Positions 17,452 through 27,835 of a stretch of 64,000 nucleotides of DNA are shown here, in pieces (the first letter of the stretch is position 1; the number at the start of each line of letters is the position of its first letter). The stretch comes from Polyangiales bacterium (lineage in GTDB: Bacteria; Myxococcota_A; Polyangia; Polyangiales; Ga0077539), in the NCBI GenBank assembly GCA_044229975.1, contig JBGARZ010000010.1:288001-352000 (forward strand), written 5' to 3'. The notes under the pieces were generated by a model. That model worked only from the letters and a program-made list of their open reading frames with translations, did not search any database and was not told where the DNA came from. Position numbers and translations under genes: made by a program.

Positions 17452-20352
17452 GTGGTGGTCACGTCCCGGCGGCTGATGGTGCTCCTCGCGCTGCTGGCGG
17501 CGTGCTGGAGCGGCGCGGTGATGACGGGCTGCGGCGGGCTCAGCGTGGTGGGCGCGCCCGAGCTGCCAGGGGACGTTCCCGATGCGGCGGATGCGCCCGT
17601 CGACGACATCGCGGATGTCCCCGTGGCCATCGACGCCGCGGACGTGACGGTGCCCGCGGACGTGACGGTGGATGTCCCTCCGACCGATGTCGTCGAGCTC
17701 GATCAGCCCCAGGACGTCGCTCCCGGCGATGTCGGTGATGTCGGTGATGCTCCCTTCGTCTCGACCGACATCGGCGTGCTCGCGATGAACGCCCGCTGCG
17801 ACAACGCCATCGAGCTCGCCGAAGAGGCCACCCTCGACCACCAGGACCTCTCGCAAGCCGCCTTCCGCACCGAAGGATGCTTCGCCTTCGTCACCGGGCC
17901 GGCGCTGTTCTATCGGGTGACCGTTCCCTCGTTCGACACGGTGGAGGTCGTCGTCACGCCCGCGACCGAGGGGCCGTCGTTTCGGCCCGTCATCCGGCTC
18001 CAGCCGTCGTGCAACACCAACCGCTGCATCGCGCAGGGCGTCGGCGACACCACCGGCACCACCACCCGCTGGACCAACTTCAGCGACCTCCCGCAGACCG
18101 TGCAGGTCTCCGTCTCCAACCAGCTCAACGTGGCGCAGGGGCGCTACCGCATCGTCTCCTCCGTGGGCCGTCGCCCGCGCAACGGCCAGTGCGCCCGCGC
18201 CCTCGTCGTGGCCCCCGGCACCACGGCGCGCGCCCAGTTCTTCGGCGACGCGAGCGACGTGCTCCCCATGTGCGCCGCCTCCACGCACCCCGTCGGCGGA
18301 CCCGCGCTGTACTACCGGGTGACGGTCCCCGCGGGGCAGGTGCTCACCGCCACCACGCGGCCGTCCACCGGGAGCAGCAACGCGCCCATCCTGCGGATCG
18401 TCGGCGGCTGTGACGCGCCCGCCTGCCTCGCCGACAGCGGCCGCGTCGCTGCCGCCGGCAACTCCGTCTTCTGGACCAACAACGAGACCTCGTCGCGCGA
18501 CGTCATCGTGGCCGCGAGCGCCTACCCCGTCACGGCCAACACCGTGCGCTTCGACCTCGGCGTCACCACCTTCGCGCCGCCCACCAACCTCACCTGCGCG
18601 ACCGCCATCCCGATGGTCGGCGCCACCGCGCGCGTCGAGGCCAGCACGATCTTTGGCGCCACCGTGCCGCGGGTCTGCGCTGACATGATCCCCGCTGGCA
18701 ACGCCCTCTGGTACCGGGTGACGGTCCCCGCGCGGACCTTCTTCGTGGGCCGCGTGACGCGCACCGTCGGCGCCACCGACCCGGTGCTCAGGGTGTACGG
18801 CGCCTGCGACGGCGAGTGCCTGAACCCCTCCGTGCGAGGCACCCTCACCCCCGGCGAGACGCGCTGGCTCAACACGAGCGACGCTCCGGCGGAGGTGTTC
18901 CTCGCGGTGTCGGGCCCGTCGGGGGCGAGCGCGAACTTCGCGCTGGAGACGGCGCTCGTCCCGGTGGCGGCCAACGCGACCTGCGCGGCGCCGAGGGCGG
19001 TCACCGTCGGCTCGTACATCCCGAGCATCGACCTCGCGGGAGCCGTCGACGTGCCGCCGCTGTGCGTCGGTCTCGCCGTCGCGACCCCCGCGCTCTGGTA
19101 CCGGGTCAACGTGCCGGCGGGGCGCACGCTGGTGGTGCAGTCGCGCCGTCTCATGACCGCGGCGGGCGACACCGCGTGGTCGCCGACGCTGCGGGTGCAG
19201 TCGGCGTGCGGTGACACCGGGTGCGTCGCGATCTCGTCGGCGGGGACCGAGGACTACAGCGCCGCGGCGATCTGGCGCGCGGGGGCGTCCGACGAGGAGG
19301 TGGTCGTGTCGCTCGGCCGATCGTCCGAGGGGACCAGCGGTCAGGTCGACCTGCGCTTCGACCTGGCGCCGACCTTCGGCAACGACCGCTGCGAGGCCGC
19401 CGCGACCATCGGGCCGGTGGAGCGCCGCGAGCTGTTGCAGATCGGCCGCGGCGGGCCGCTCGTCAGCCAGTGCGGGAGCATCACCATGGGCGGCACGCTC
19501 TACTACCGACTCTCGGTGCCCGCGGGCGCCACGCTGGTCGCCGTCGCGCAGCGCATGGGCGCCATCGGCTGGTCGTCGTTCATGGAACTCTCCAGCGGGT
19601 GCGGCGCGGCCATGTGCATCGACGGCAGCGCGCCGGTCAACGGCACCGCGGCGCTGCGCTGGCGCAACGACGGCTCCGAGGCCCGCGACGTCCGCCTCGC
19701 GATCGGGGCCGTGCAGAACGTCGCCGACGCCATCGCCGCGCTGTCGGTGACGGTCTCGCCGCCCCGCTACACCATCACGACCATCGCCCCGGCCTGCGAG
19801 GAGGTCACCAGCGCGTGGACCGACCTCAACATCCGGGGCGCCGGCACGGCGACCGCGATCCAGCCGCTGCCGTTTGCGTTCCGGTACTTCGGTAGCGCGG
19901 TGACGCACCACAGCGTGAGCTTCAACGGCTTCGCGCAGCTCTGGCCCTCGGCCGCGGGCGTGCCGAGCGTCACGAACCTCAACAACCACCTGCCGTGGCC
20001 GGGGTCGCCTCCGAGCACCGTCGCGCCGTTCTGGGACGACTTCATCTACAACTCCGGGGCGCAGATCACGGCGCGCGAGACGACCGGCGCGGGCCGTCAC
20101 TACACCATCTCGTGGGCCAACCTGCCGCTGTCGGGGGCGAACGCGAGCTTCCAGGCGAAGCTCTACGCCGACACCGACGTCATCGAGTTTCACTACTGTC
20201 GGCTCGACGCGAGCGCGATGGATGTGGCCATGGGCCGCGGCGCGACGGTCGGCCTCCAGGACGCCACCGCCACCGTCGGCGTCGAACACTCCTACAACCG
20301 GATGGGCGCGATCTCGACAGGCGTCGCGCTGCGCTTCACGCCGGTCCGATGA
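17452..20352 (+). CDS. Large Cys-containing extracellular repeat lipoprotein with C-terminal nidogen-like domain
   Basis: Five repeats of N.(R/Q/T)C..A..(A/T)L(F/Y/W)YRV.VP..C...C. C-terminal LPFAFRYFG..VSFNGF..VAPFWDD. GTG start inferred. Confidence 0.8.
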   Translation: MVVTSRRLMVLLALLAACWSGAVMTGCGGLSVVGAPELPGDVPDAADAPVDDIADVPVAIDAADVTVPADVTVDVPPTDVVELDQPQDVAPGDVGDVGDAPFVSTDIGVLAMNARCDNAIELAEEATLDHQDLSQAAFRTEGCFAFVTGPALFYRVTVPSFDTVEVVVTPATEGPSFRPVIRLQPSCNTNRCIAQGVGDTTGTTTRWTNFSDLPQTVQVSVSNQLNVAQGRYRIVSSVGRRPRNGQCARALVVAPGTTARAQFFGDASDVLPMCAASTHPVGGPALYYRVTVPAGQVLTATTRPSTGSSNAPILRIVGGCDAPACLADSGRVAAAGNSVFWTNNETSSRDVIVAASAYPVTANTVRFDLGVTTFAPPTNLTCATAIPMVGATARVEASTIFGATVPRVCADMIPAGNALWYRVTVPARTFFVGRVTRTVGATDPVLRVYGACDGECLNPSVRGTLTPGETRWLNTSDAPAEVFLAVSGPSGASANFALETALVPVAANATCAAPRAVTVGSYIPSIDLAGAVDVPPLCVGLAVATPALWYRVNVPAGRTLVVQSRRLMTAAGDTAWSPTLRVQSACGDTGCVAISSAGTEDYSAAAIWRAGASDEEVVVSLGRSSEGTSGQVDLRFDLAPTFGNDRCEAAATIGPVERRELLQIGRGGPLVSQCGSITMGGTLYYRLSVPAGATLVAVAQRMGAIGWSSFMELSSGCGAAMCIDGSAPVNGTAALRWRNDGSEARDVRLAIGAVQNVADAIAALSVTVSPPRYTITTIAPACEEVTSAWTDLNIRGAGTATAIQPLPFAFRYFGSAVTHHSVSFNGFAQLWPSAAGVPSVTNLNNHLPWPGSPPSTVAPFWDDFIYNSGAQITARETTGAGRHYTISWANLPLSGANASFQAKLYADTDVIEFHYCRLDASAMDVAMGRGATVGLQDATATVGVEHSYNRMGAISTGVALRFTPVR

Positions 20353-20372
20353 GCCTGCGGGGAGACGGAGCC

Positions 20373-22511
20373 ATGAACAGCCGATCGCACACGCTCCTCC
20401 TGCTGCTCCCTGCCTTCGCGGTGGCGTGCGCGGCCACGCCGAGGCCCGGAGGAGACGCCTCCGTCGACGCCACCACCATGGACGCCGCGGACGTCGTCGA
20501 TGCGGTGGACGCGGTCGATGCGGTCGATGCGGTCGATGCGGTGGACGTCGTCGTGCCGCGCGACCTGCCGGTGGAGCGTTGCGCGGCGGGCTTCGACACC
20601 GACGGCGACGGCGTCAACAACGACGTGGAGTGCCGCGAAGGAACCGACCCCGACCACTCCGACACGGACGGCGATGGCCTCAGCGACGGGGTCGAGCGGG
20701 GTTATCCGCGGGTGTGCGTCGCGGACGATCGCGCGCGGCAGCGGCGGCCCATCTTGATGTGCACCGACATGGCCGGGTGCATGACGGGCGAGCGCTGCGT
20801 GGGGCTCTCGGCGACGACGCCGGACACCGACGGCGACGGGGTGAGGGACGGCCTCGAAGACCCCGACGGCGACGGGACGATCACGGCGTCGCGCGGCGAG
20901 ACCGACCCGCGGGTGTGGGACACGGACGGCGACGGGCGCAACGACGCGGCGTCGAGCTTCGCCATCTGCCGACCCGACATGCTGGTCGCGCCAGGGCGTG
21001 TGAACATCCCACGCGGGGCCTTCGGGCTCGCGCTCGACCCGGCGTGGGGGATGGCGCGGCGCGAGGTCATGGGGACGACGGACATGACGAGCGGCGCGGT
21101 GCTGCTCGACGACCCGTCGCTGTCGCTCGCGGCGCTGGTGTTCGAGCGGGCGTCGGCTGGGACGGACGTGCGTGTCGAGGCGACCGCGGCGGAGGCGGAG
21201 CTGGTCACGGCGCTCACGGCGGTTCCGGTGCTGGTCGGGCACAGCATCACGACGCACGAGTCGCTGCCCGCGGTGCGATCGCTCTATCGGGTGGCGTCGA
21301 TGCAGCAGGCCGGGGCGCTGCGCGACCGGCTCGCCGCGCGGTGGCTCGGGGCCGCGGTGCCCGCGGGGACGCCCGCGTACGCACCGGCGACGGAGCACCT
21401 GGTGGAGGTGGTGACGGTGTTGCGCACCGACCGGCCGCGGCGCGCGGTGCTGGTGACGGTGCTGCCGACGACGGTGGCCGAAGACCCGCGGGTGATCTCG
21501 TCGATTCGCGCCGACGACCTCGTCAACACCACGTCCATCGCCGACCGCACGAGCCTGCTCGACTTCCAGTGCCAGCGCTTCCAGGCCGAGGGGCAGAGCC
21601 TCGTGGACTTCCTCTGGCTGGTCGACACGTCGGGCTCGATGACCGACGACCAGGAGCGCCTCGGCAACACGGCGACGCGCTTCTTCGCGCGGCTCACGGC
21701 GGCGAACATCGACTTCCGCGTCGGGGTGTTCGAGTCGGGCTCGACGACGCTCAACCTCGACGACCCGGGCTTCGCGTTCATCAACGGCGCCGACCCGGGC
21801 GGGGCGCGGCTGCTGTCGTGGCAGGTGACCACCGCGCGCTACATGAACAACGCGCGCGACATCTACCGGCCGTACACGTTTGCGGGCGCGCAGGAGGAGC
21901 CCGTCGCGGCGGGGGTGTACTCGTACGAGGCGCTCCAGGCGCGCAAGGCGATGGGCACGCTCGACCCCGACCGGCGGCTGCGCGAGGGGGCGACGACGGT
22001 GGCGTTCTTCGTGACCGACGAGCCCGGCACCAACGACAACGCGGCCTTCGGACGCAACGCCGCGCGGTGGGGCGCGGACTACGCCACGCGGCTGCGCAAC
22101 GTGGGGGCGTTCTACCGTGACCAGGGGATTCCGACCTTCGGTCTGATCGCCGACGCCCGCACCGCGTGCTCGGCGATGAACGTCATCGACATGCCCAAGT
22201 GCGTGATCCTCAACAACGGCGGGTCGTTCATCCCGATCACGACGGCGACGGACGCCGAGGTGTCGGCGGCGATGGACCGCATCGTCGAGCGGGTCGCGGG
22301 TGTGGCGAGCCAGTATCAGCTCGATCGCACGCCCATCTCGTCGACGATCCTGGTGCGCATCGACGGGCGGGTGGTTCCGCGCTCGCGGCTCGACGGCTTC
22401 GACTACGACGCCTCGGCGCGTTCGGTGGTGTTCTACGGGCCGACGTACCGACCGGGGCGCGGCGCCGAGGTGGTGGTGTCGTACCGCGTGTGGGCCGGCT
22501 CGATCGGGTAG
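20373..22511 (+). CDS. VWA-domain lipoprotein with TSP3-like Ca-binding repeats (CglB-like adhesin)
   Basis: Lipobox FAVAC, DTDGDG repeats, MIDAS motif DFLWLVDTSGSM..VTDE, and C-terminal PISSTI.V..DG..VPRSR.DGFDYD. Confidence 0.8.
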   Translation: MNSRSHTLLLLLPAFAVACAATPRPGGDASVDATTMDAADVVDAVDAVDAVDAVDAVDVVVPRDLPVERCAAGFDTDGDGVNNDVECREGTDPDHSDTDGDGLSDGVERGYPRVCVADDRARQRRPILMCTDMAGCMTGERCVGLSATTPDTDGDGVRDGLEDPDGDGTITASRGETDPRVWDTDGDGRNDAASSFAICRPDMLVAPGRVNIPRGAFGLALDPAWGMARREVMGTTDMTSGAVLLDDPSLSLAALVFERASAGTDVRVEATAAEAELVTALTAVPVLVGHSITTHESLPAVRSLYRVASMQQAGALRDRLAARWLGAAVPAGTPAYAPATEHLVEVVTVLRTDRPRRAVLVTVLPTTVAEDPRVISSIRADDLVNTTSIADRTSLLDFQCQRFQAEGQSLVDFLWLVDTSGSMTDDQERLGNTATRFFARLTAANIDFRVGVFESGSTTLNLDDPGFAFINGADPGGARLLSWQVTTARYMNNARDIYRPYTFAGAQEEPVAAGVYSYEALQARKAMGTLDPDRRLREGATTVAFFVTDEPGTNDNAAFGRNAARWGADYATRLRNVGAFYRDQGIPTFGLIADARTACSAMNVIDMPKCVILNNGGSFIPITTATDAEVSAAMDRIVERVAGVASQYQLDRTPISSTILVRIDGRVVPRSRLDGFDYDASARSVVFYGPTYRPGRGAEVVVSYRVWAGSIG

Positions 22512-22531
22512 CGATACGTCGCGGGGCGCCA

Positions 22532-23917
22532 ATGGGCATCGACGAGCGGGCACGTCTCCTGAGCGCCTTGCGCGACCCCGATCCGGCGCGTCGGTACTTC
22601 GCCGCCGAGCGCCTCGGCACGCTCGGACTCGATGGTCCCGACGTGCGTCGCGCGCTCCTCGACGCCGCCGAAGACGTCGCGACCTTCGCGCAGGTCGAGC
22701 GCGTCTGGGACGACCCCGACGATGTGCGCGCCACCGAGACGGTGTCACGTCGCGTGGCCGACGCCGCGGTCAAGGTGCTGCGCTCGCCGCACCGCCGCGC
22801 CGATGCCGTCGCCGACATCACGGCGGCCCTCGCGACGCGCGCCCCCGCCGCGCAGACGCGTCTGTTCGAAGTGCTGGGCGAGCTCGCGCCCGACAGCACC
22901 GGGTTCCTCGTCGCATCGCTCTCCCACGCTGATGACGGCGTGCGGGGGGCCGCGGCCCGAGCGCTGGAACATGCGATCCATTTCAGCGAGCCCGCTCGAC
23001 AGATCGAGATCCTCGTTCGGGCGGTCGAGGGTCTGACCGATCCGACGCTCGGTCCGCACTGGGAGCGCCTCCTCGCACACAAGGCGAGCGCATTGGCGAG
23101 CCCGTCGCCACGCCTCCGCGCCCCCGTCATCGGTCACGGACCCGACGTCGACAAGCTCGTGCGGTGGCTCGACTCCGAGGTGGCCGCGGTGCGTGACCTC
23201 GGGCTGACCATGCTCGCCTGCCACCCGAGCGACGCGCGCGCCCGTGAGCTGTTGACGGAGTGGATCACCGTCGGCGCGCGCCGCGCAGTGACCGAGGTCG
23301 CCCCTCGCGATGGCAACGGCTTCCGCTGCTGTCCTGCGTTCGAGTACGCGATGGCGGTGCTCTGCGCCGACTCCGCCGAGGTGCTCGCGGCGATGCGGCG
23401 CGACGTGCCTGCGCTGGACGCGGCCCTGCGGGAGTACGCCGTCCACGGACTGCGAGAGCCGGGAGAACCGTGGTTCATGGTGGTAGTGGCCGCGCGTCAC
23501 CTGACCAACGCCCCGGAGGTGACCGAGACCATCCTCGCGGGCCTGGAGTCGCCGAACGCCGAGCCGGTACTCGCGGCGCTCCTCGTGGTCCACGCCCGCG
23601 CGGCGACGGAGGCGCGCGGGGAGCTGGTGCGGCGGGGCGTTCTCGCGCTGCTGGCGAGCCACAACGAGCACGCGCGCGGCCACGCCGTGACGGAGCTCGC
23701 AGCGATCGATGGGGCGGTCTTCACCGCGACGGTGCTGCCGTTGCTCGAAGGCGCCGGGCCCTTCGACGCGGTGACGTGGCAGATCGCTGACGGCCTCGCG
23801 AAGGCGGGCTGCGATGGTCTTCCCGCGCTGCCTGCGCTGGAGGCACTGGCGGCGCGCACGACGGGCTGGTCACCCGTGAAGCGCGCGATCAAGGCGCTGC
23901 GCGCGCTCTCGGAGTGA
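22532..23917 (+). CDS. HEAT-repeat protein
   Basis: LLSALRDPDPARRYFAAERLG and LVASLSHADDGVRGAAARAL. Confidence 0.7.
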   Translation: MGIDERARLLSALRDPDPARRYFAAERLGTLGLDGPDVRRALLDAAEDVATFAQVERVWDDPDDVRATETVSRRVADAAVKVLRSPHRRADAVADITAALATRAPAAQTRLFEVLGELAPDSTGFLVASLSHADDGVRGAAARALEHAIHFSEPARQIEILVRAVEGLTDPTLGPHWERLLAHKASALASPSPRLRAPVIGHGPDVDKLVRWLDSEVAAVRDLGLTMLACHPSDARARELLTEWITVGARRAVTEVAPRDGNGFRCCPAFEYAMAVLCADSAEVLAAMRRDVPALDAALREYAVHGLREPGEPWFMVVVAARHLTNAPEVTETILAGLESPNAEPVLAALLVVHARAATEARGELVRRGVLALLASHNEHARGHAVTELAAIDGAVFTATVLPLLEGAGPFDAVTWQIADGLAKAGCDGLPALPALEALAARTTGWSPVKRAIKALRALSE

Positions 23918-23923
23918 CCCACT

Positions 23924-24649
23924 TCAGCGACGGAGGACGGTGTAGCTGCCGGGGTAGGCGCCGTAGTCGAGGGTGGTGACGCCGTTGCGGGTCGTGCCGC
24001 GGGAGGAGGTGAGGGCCGCGCCGATGCGGATGCGCACGCGGCCGCCGCGGGCGACGGTGATGACCCCGGCGTGGACGGCGGCGCCGCAGATGGACGAGTC
24101 GTCGGTGTACGGGCCGCTGCCCCAGACGGTGCCGGGCGTTCCGCCGGGCGCGCACTGCACCTCGACGACGGCGCCGTTGCGGCCGCGGTGGCTGGTGGCG
24201 TTGTTGGACCAGCCGGGCGGAGGCGTGGTCCGGGTGGTCGGGGTCTGGATCATGGCGAGCGCGGGGTTGATGCCGACGAAGGAGAAGCTGCCCGGGTAGG
24301 TCGCGTAGTTGACGCTGGTGACGCCGTTGCGCGCGGTGCCGCGGTAGGCGGGCAGGCCCGGCAGGATGCGCAGCACGGCGTCGCCGCCGTTGGTGCGGTC
24401 GAAGAGGCCGGCATGCACGGCCGCGCCGCAGACGGAGGAGTCGTCGGTGTAGACGTCGGTTCCCCAGACGGTGCCGGGTGTTCCGCCGGGCGCGCAGTGG
24501 AAGCGGACGGTGGTTCCGTTTCGGCCGCGGAGGGAGGTGGCGTTGTCGGACCACGCGAACTCGCGCGTCTGCGCGGATGCGGACGCGGCGAAGAGCGCGA
24601 CCGGGAGGGCGAACGCGACGGCGGCGAGGCGAGGCGAGGGGTGTCCCAT
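23924..24649 (-). CDS. Secreted protein with two LCCL domains
   Basis: Duplicated CAPGGTPGTVWG(T/S)..YTDDSS(V/I)CGAAVHAG..GT.RNGVT...Y..YPGS. Signal peptide ends ASAQ. Confidence 0.9.
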   Translation of the reverse strand: MGHPSPRLAAVAFALPVALFAASASAQTREFAWSDNATSLRGRNGTTVRFHCAPGGTPGTVWGTDVYTDDSSVCGAAVHAGLFDRTNGGDAVLRILPGLPAYRGTARNGVTSVNYATYPGSFSFVGINPALAMIQTPTTRTTPPPGWSNNATSHRGRNGAVVEVQCAPGGTPGTVWGSGPYTDDSSICGAAVHAGVITVARGGRVRIRIGAALTSSRGTTRNGVTTLDYGAYPGSYTVLRR

Positions 24650-24718
24650 GGTGCTCCGACGGTACGGGAATGGCGCGCGTAGGGACAAGGGGATGCGAGG
24701 AGTGGTGCTTCTACAGAC

Positions 24719-27693
24719 TTATGGAGCGGGGACCGGGAGCGCCACGCCCAGCGCCCCGACGAAGGCAGCGCGGAGGGTTCCGTCCGAGGCAGACAGCGTG
24801 AAGATCTCTCGCGCACCGCAGACCGTGCCTACGCCGAACATGAGCGTGCGTGGAGCGATGACGTCATTGATGAGGCGCCTCACCATGAGGCTGGAGTCGA
24901 GGGGTGCGCGGTAGACCCGGTTGAGCTGGTTGTCGGCGACGAACACGTTGCCGCACTCGTCCTGCGCGAGCCCCGAGATGCCGCCGAGGCCCACCACGAA
25001 GTCCGCCGCGCCGCTGACCACTCCGGCGTCGCCCGCGCCGAGGTTGACGCGCACGACCTTGTTGTCCCGCGACTGAGCGACGAAGAGGTATCGCCCCATC
25101 ACGTCGAGCAGGAGCTGCGTCGGCGCCATCACGTCGGTCACCACTGCGCTCGCAGTGCCATCAGCGGGCATGCGGTAGATGGTGTTGGCCGCCGTGTCGC
25201 TGAACCATACCGAGTCGTCCGCGCCGATGGCCAGACCACCGGCGCTCTGGAGAGACCCCACCCGTAGCGTCGGGATCGTTGCCCCCGGCTGGAGCTGATA
25301 GATCGCGCCTCTTGCCGTGCCCGCGTCCGCGCGAACCTCCACGGCGAGGAAGAGTCCGTGGGTGCGGGTATAGCGCAGCGCCACCACCTCGCCGCTCATC
25401 GCCATGGTCACCGGGAGCGTGTCGCGGTCGCGCCGCAGCACCACCGTAGCCCCCAGTGAGATGGCGATCCCGCCGCGGCCGTCGAAGGCGAAGTCCCGCG
25501 CGCCCGTGAGGTCCGTCAACACTACGCGGGACGTCACCGCCGTGATGGGCGCCATCTCGCAGGTGGTGGCTGCGCCGGCGCAGGCGCACGCACCCATCAC
25601 GCAGCTCGCGCCGACGCCGCACGTGTTGCCGCAGGTTCCGCAGTTGGCCGGGTCGTTGGCGAGGTCACGGCAGACGCCGGCGCAGACGGTCGTCCCGCTC
25701 CGGCACGCGCACGCGCCCGCGATGCACGATCGGCCGCCGCTGCACACATTGCCGCAGGTTCCGCAGTTGTTGGCGTCGGTCGAAGGGTCGACGCACGCGC
25801 CCCCGCACCGGGGACCTCCGTCGCAGCGCTGGCTGTACCCCAGCGGGTTGGTGAACGTCTCTCCCCGCAGCGGCGCGCCGTCAGGCAGTCGTTGACGCAC
25901 TGCCGCGACGCCCCGTCGCACAGGCTCGTCCGATCGTCGCAGGCCCCGCAGCCCAGCCCCCCGCACTGGTCCGTCGTCCCGCACGCGCCGGTGAACGTCG
26001 CCGCCGAACACCCCGGCCCGAAGCCCGTCGCGTCGAAGCCGTACGTCGCCACGGGCATCGTCGTCCCGCCCGCGACCTCCACGGTGACGCTGTGCGTTCC
26101 GGCCCGCTTTGGCGAGCAGTACCCCAGCAGGTATGTCGTCCGAAACTCCGCCGCGATGCGGTTGGCCAGCGCGTTGAACTCGCGCGTCAACGTGGCGACG
26201 CTCGGCGCCGTCAGCACCCCGCCCGGCGCGAGCGCCGTCAGGACACCCGGCATGTAGTCGCCGCCCGCGAGCCCCACCGCCAGCATTCGATCGGTGCTCG
26301 CTCCGACCGCCGCGACCGCCTGCGCCTGCGTGCGTAGACCCGCCGTGTCCCCGCCGTCGGTGAACAGCACGACGTACCCGCTCGTGAACGCTCCGCCCGC
26401 GTTGCGGGTGCGGAACGCCGCCTCCGCCGTCGACTGCCGGCTCAGCGCGTTGATGACGGCGCCGTGGAGGTTGGTCGAGCTCGGGTCGCTCGGACGGTAG
26501 CTGGAGAGCGCGTCGAGCCGTGAGAGCAGCCGAGCCGTGTCGAGCGTCGGCGCCTGCCACTCGGTCAGGCTCGGCTCCCCGGCAAACACCTGGATGCCGA
26601 TCTGCACCGGCAGGTGTCGCACGGTCTGGAGCGTCGTGACGAACTGCCCCGCCGCCGCCGTGAGCTGCGGGAGAAACGCATTGGTCGACGAGCTGACGTC
26701 GAGCACCAGCGACACGAACACCTGCGGCCCGACCCGCGTGAGCAGCGTGGCCGACGACTCGCTGCTGAGGCGCGTGCCATCCTCCTTGATGACGAAATCC
26801 GCCGCGGTGAGATCGGTGAGCGGTCGACCCACGCAGTCTTCCGCGGTGAAGAACATTGCGATGCCCGAAGGCGACGTCGTGCGCCCCTCGACCAGCCGCG
26901 TGACGGTGCACGAGCGGTCCGCGGGCTCGGTATAGTCGACCCCGTCGCCGACGAAGCCGGAGCTGAAGTGGGCGACACTGCCGCTGAGGGACGCGCCTGA
27001 AACCAGGCCGCCGAGGCGCTCGTAGCCCGTGCTCCCGGTGGGGCGCGACCAGAAGAGCGTCGCCCGCGAAGCGTCGCCTGCGAAGGGGAGCGTGACCTGA
27101 ACGGGCATCGTGAAGGCGGTCCCCGCGGGCTCGAAGCGGAAGAGCCGCGAGTAGCCGGTGTACCCCGACGGTGCGGTCACGCTGGTCGGCACGATCTGAA
27201 TGGGAACCACCGTCGACAGGGCGCCCGCCGACACCGTCACCGTCGCCCCGGCGCACGACACCGTTCCTCCGCTGGCCCCGATCGGGACGGCAGGGCAGGG
27301 CAGCTCCGCGTCGATCGGCGGAACGTCTGCGATCGGGGTGTCGGCCGCAGGGGTGTCGGCTGCCGGGATGTCCGTTGTCGGGATGTCCGTGGCTGGAACA
27401 TCTTGCGTCGATCCGTCCAACGACACGGGCGGTGCATCGAGGCTGCCGAGATCGTTGGCCGGTGCGTCTCCCGCAGACACGTCCAGCGTGCCCCCGTCCG
27501 AGTCGGGACACCCGCAGGCGCCGTACGTGTGATCCGCGCGGCAGGTCTGCGTCCGGGCGATGCCATCGTTGCACGCGCAAGCAATGGTCTGCCCGGTCAC
27601 GCACCCCGGTGACGGAGCCGGTTGCGATCCACACGAGACCGTCGAGGCCATCAGACTCAACCCCAGCAGAACCAACGCACGCGCTTGCGACAT
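24719..27693 (-). pseudogene. Frameshifted VWA + Cys-rich + beta-propeller surface lipoprotein (about 991 aa if restored)
   Basis: The 5' ORF (lipobox, ZU5-like region, VLDVSSST MIDAS) continues in another frame as GETFTNP..DANNCGTCG..propeller. Adding one G to the G4 run at 25863-25866 restores ..CGGETF.. Could be an assembly error. Confidence 0.75.
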
Positions 27694-27835
27694 CCGAGAC
27701 TCCCTCCGACAGATGGCGCCGACGTTCTCACGCCGCTGCGAGGGACGACACTCCGAATGCCGGGGCTGGAGGGCCGCCTCGGAGTCGCGCGCGGCGTGTT
27801 AGCGTCGCGGCCTTCGATCGTTGGAGGACAACACG

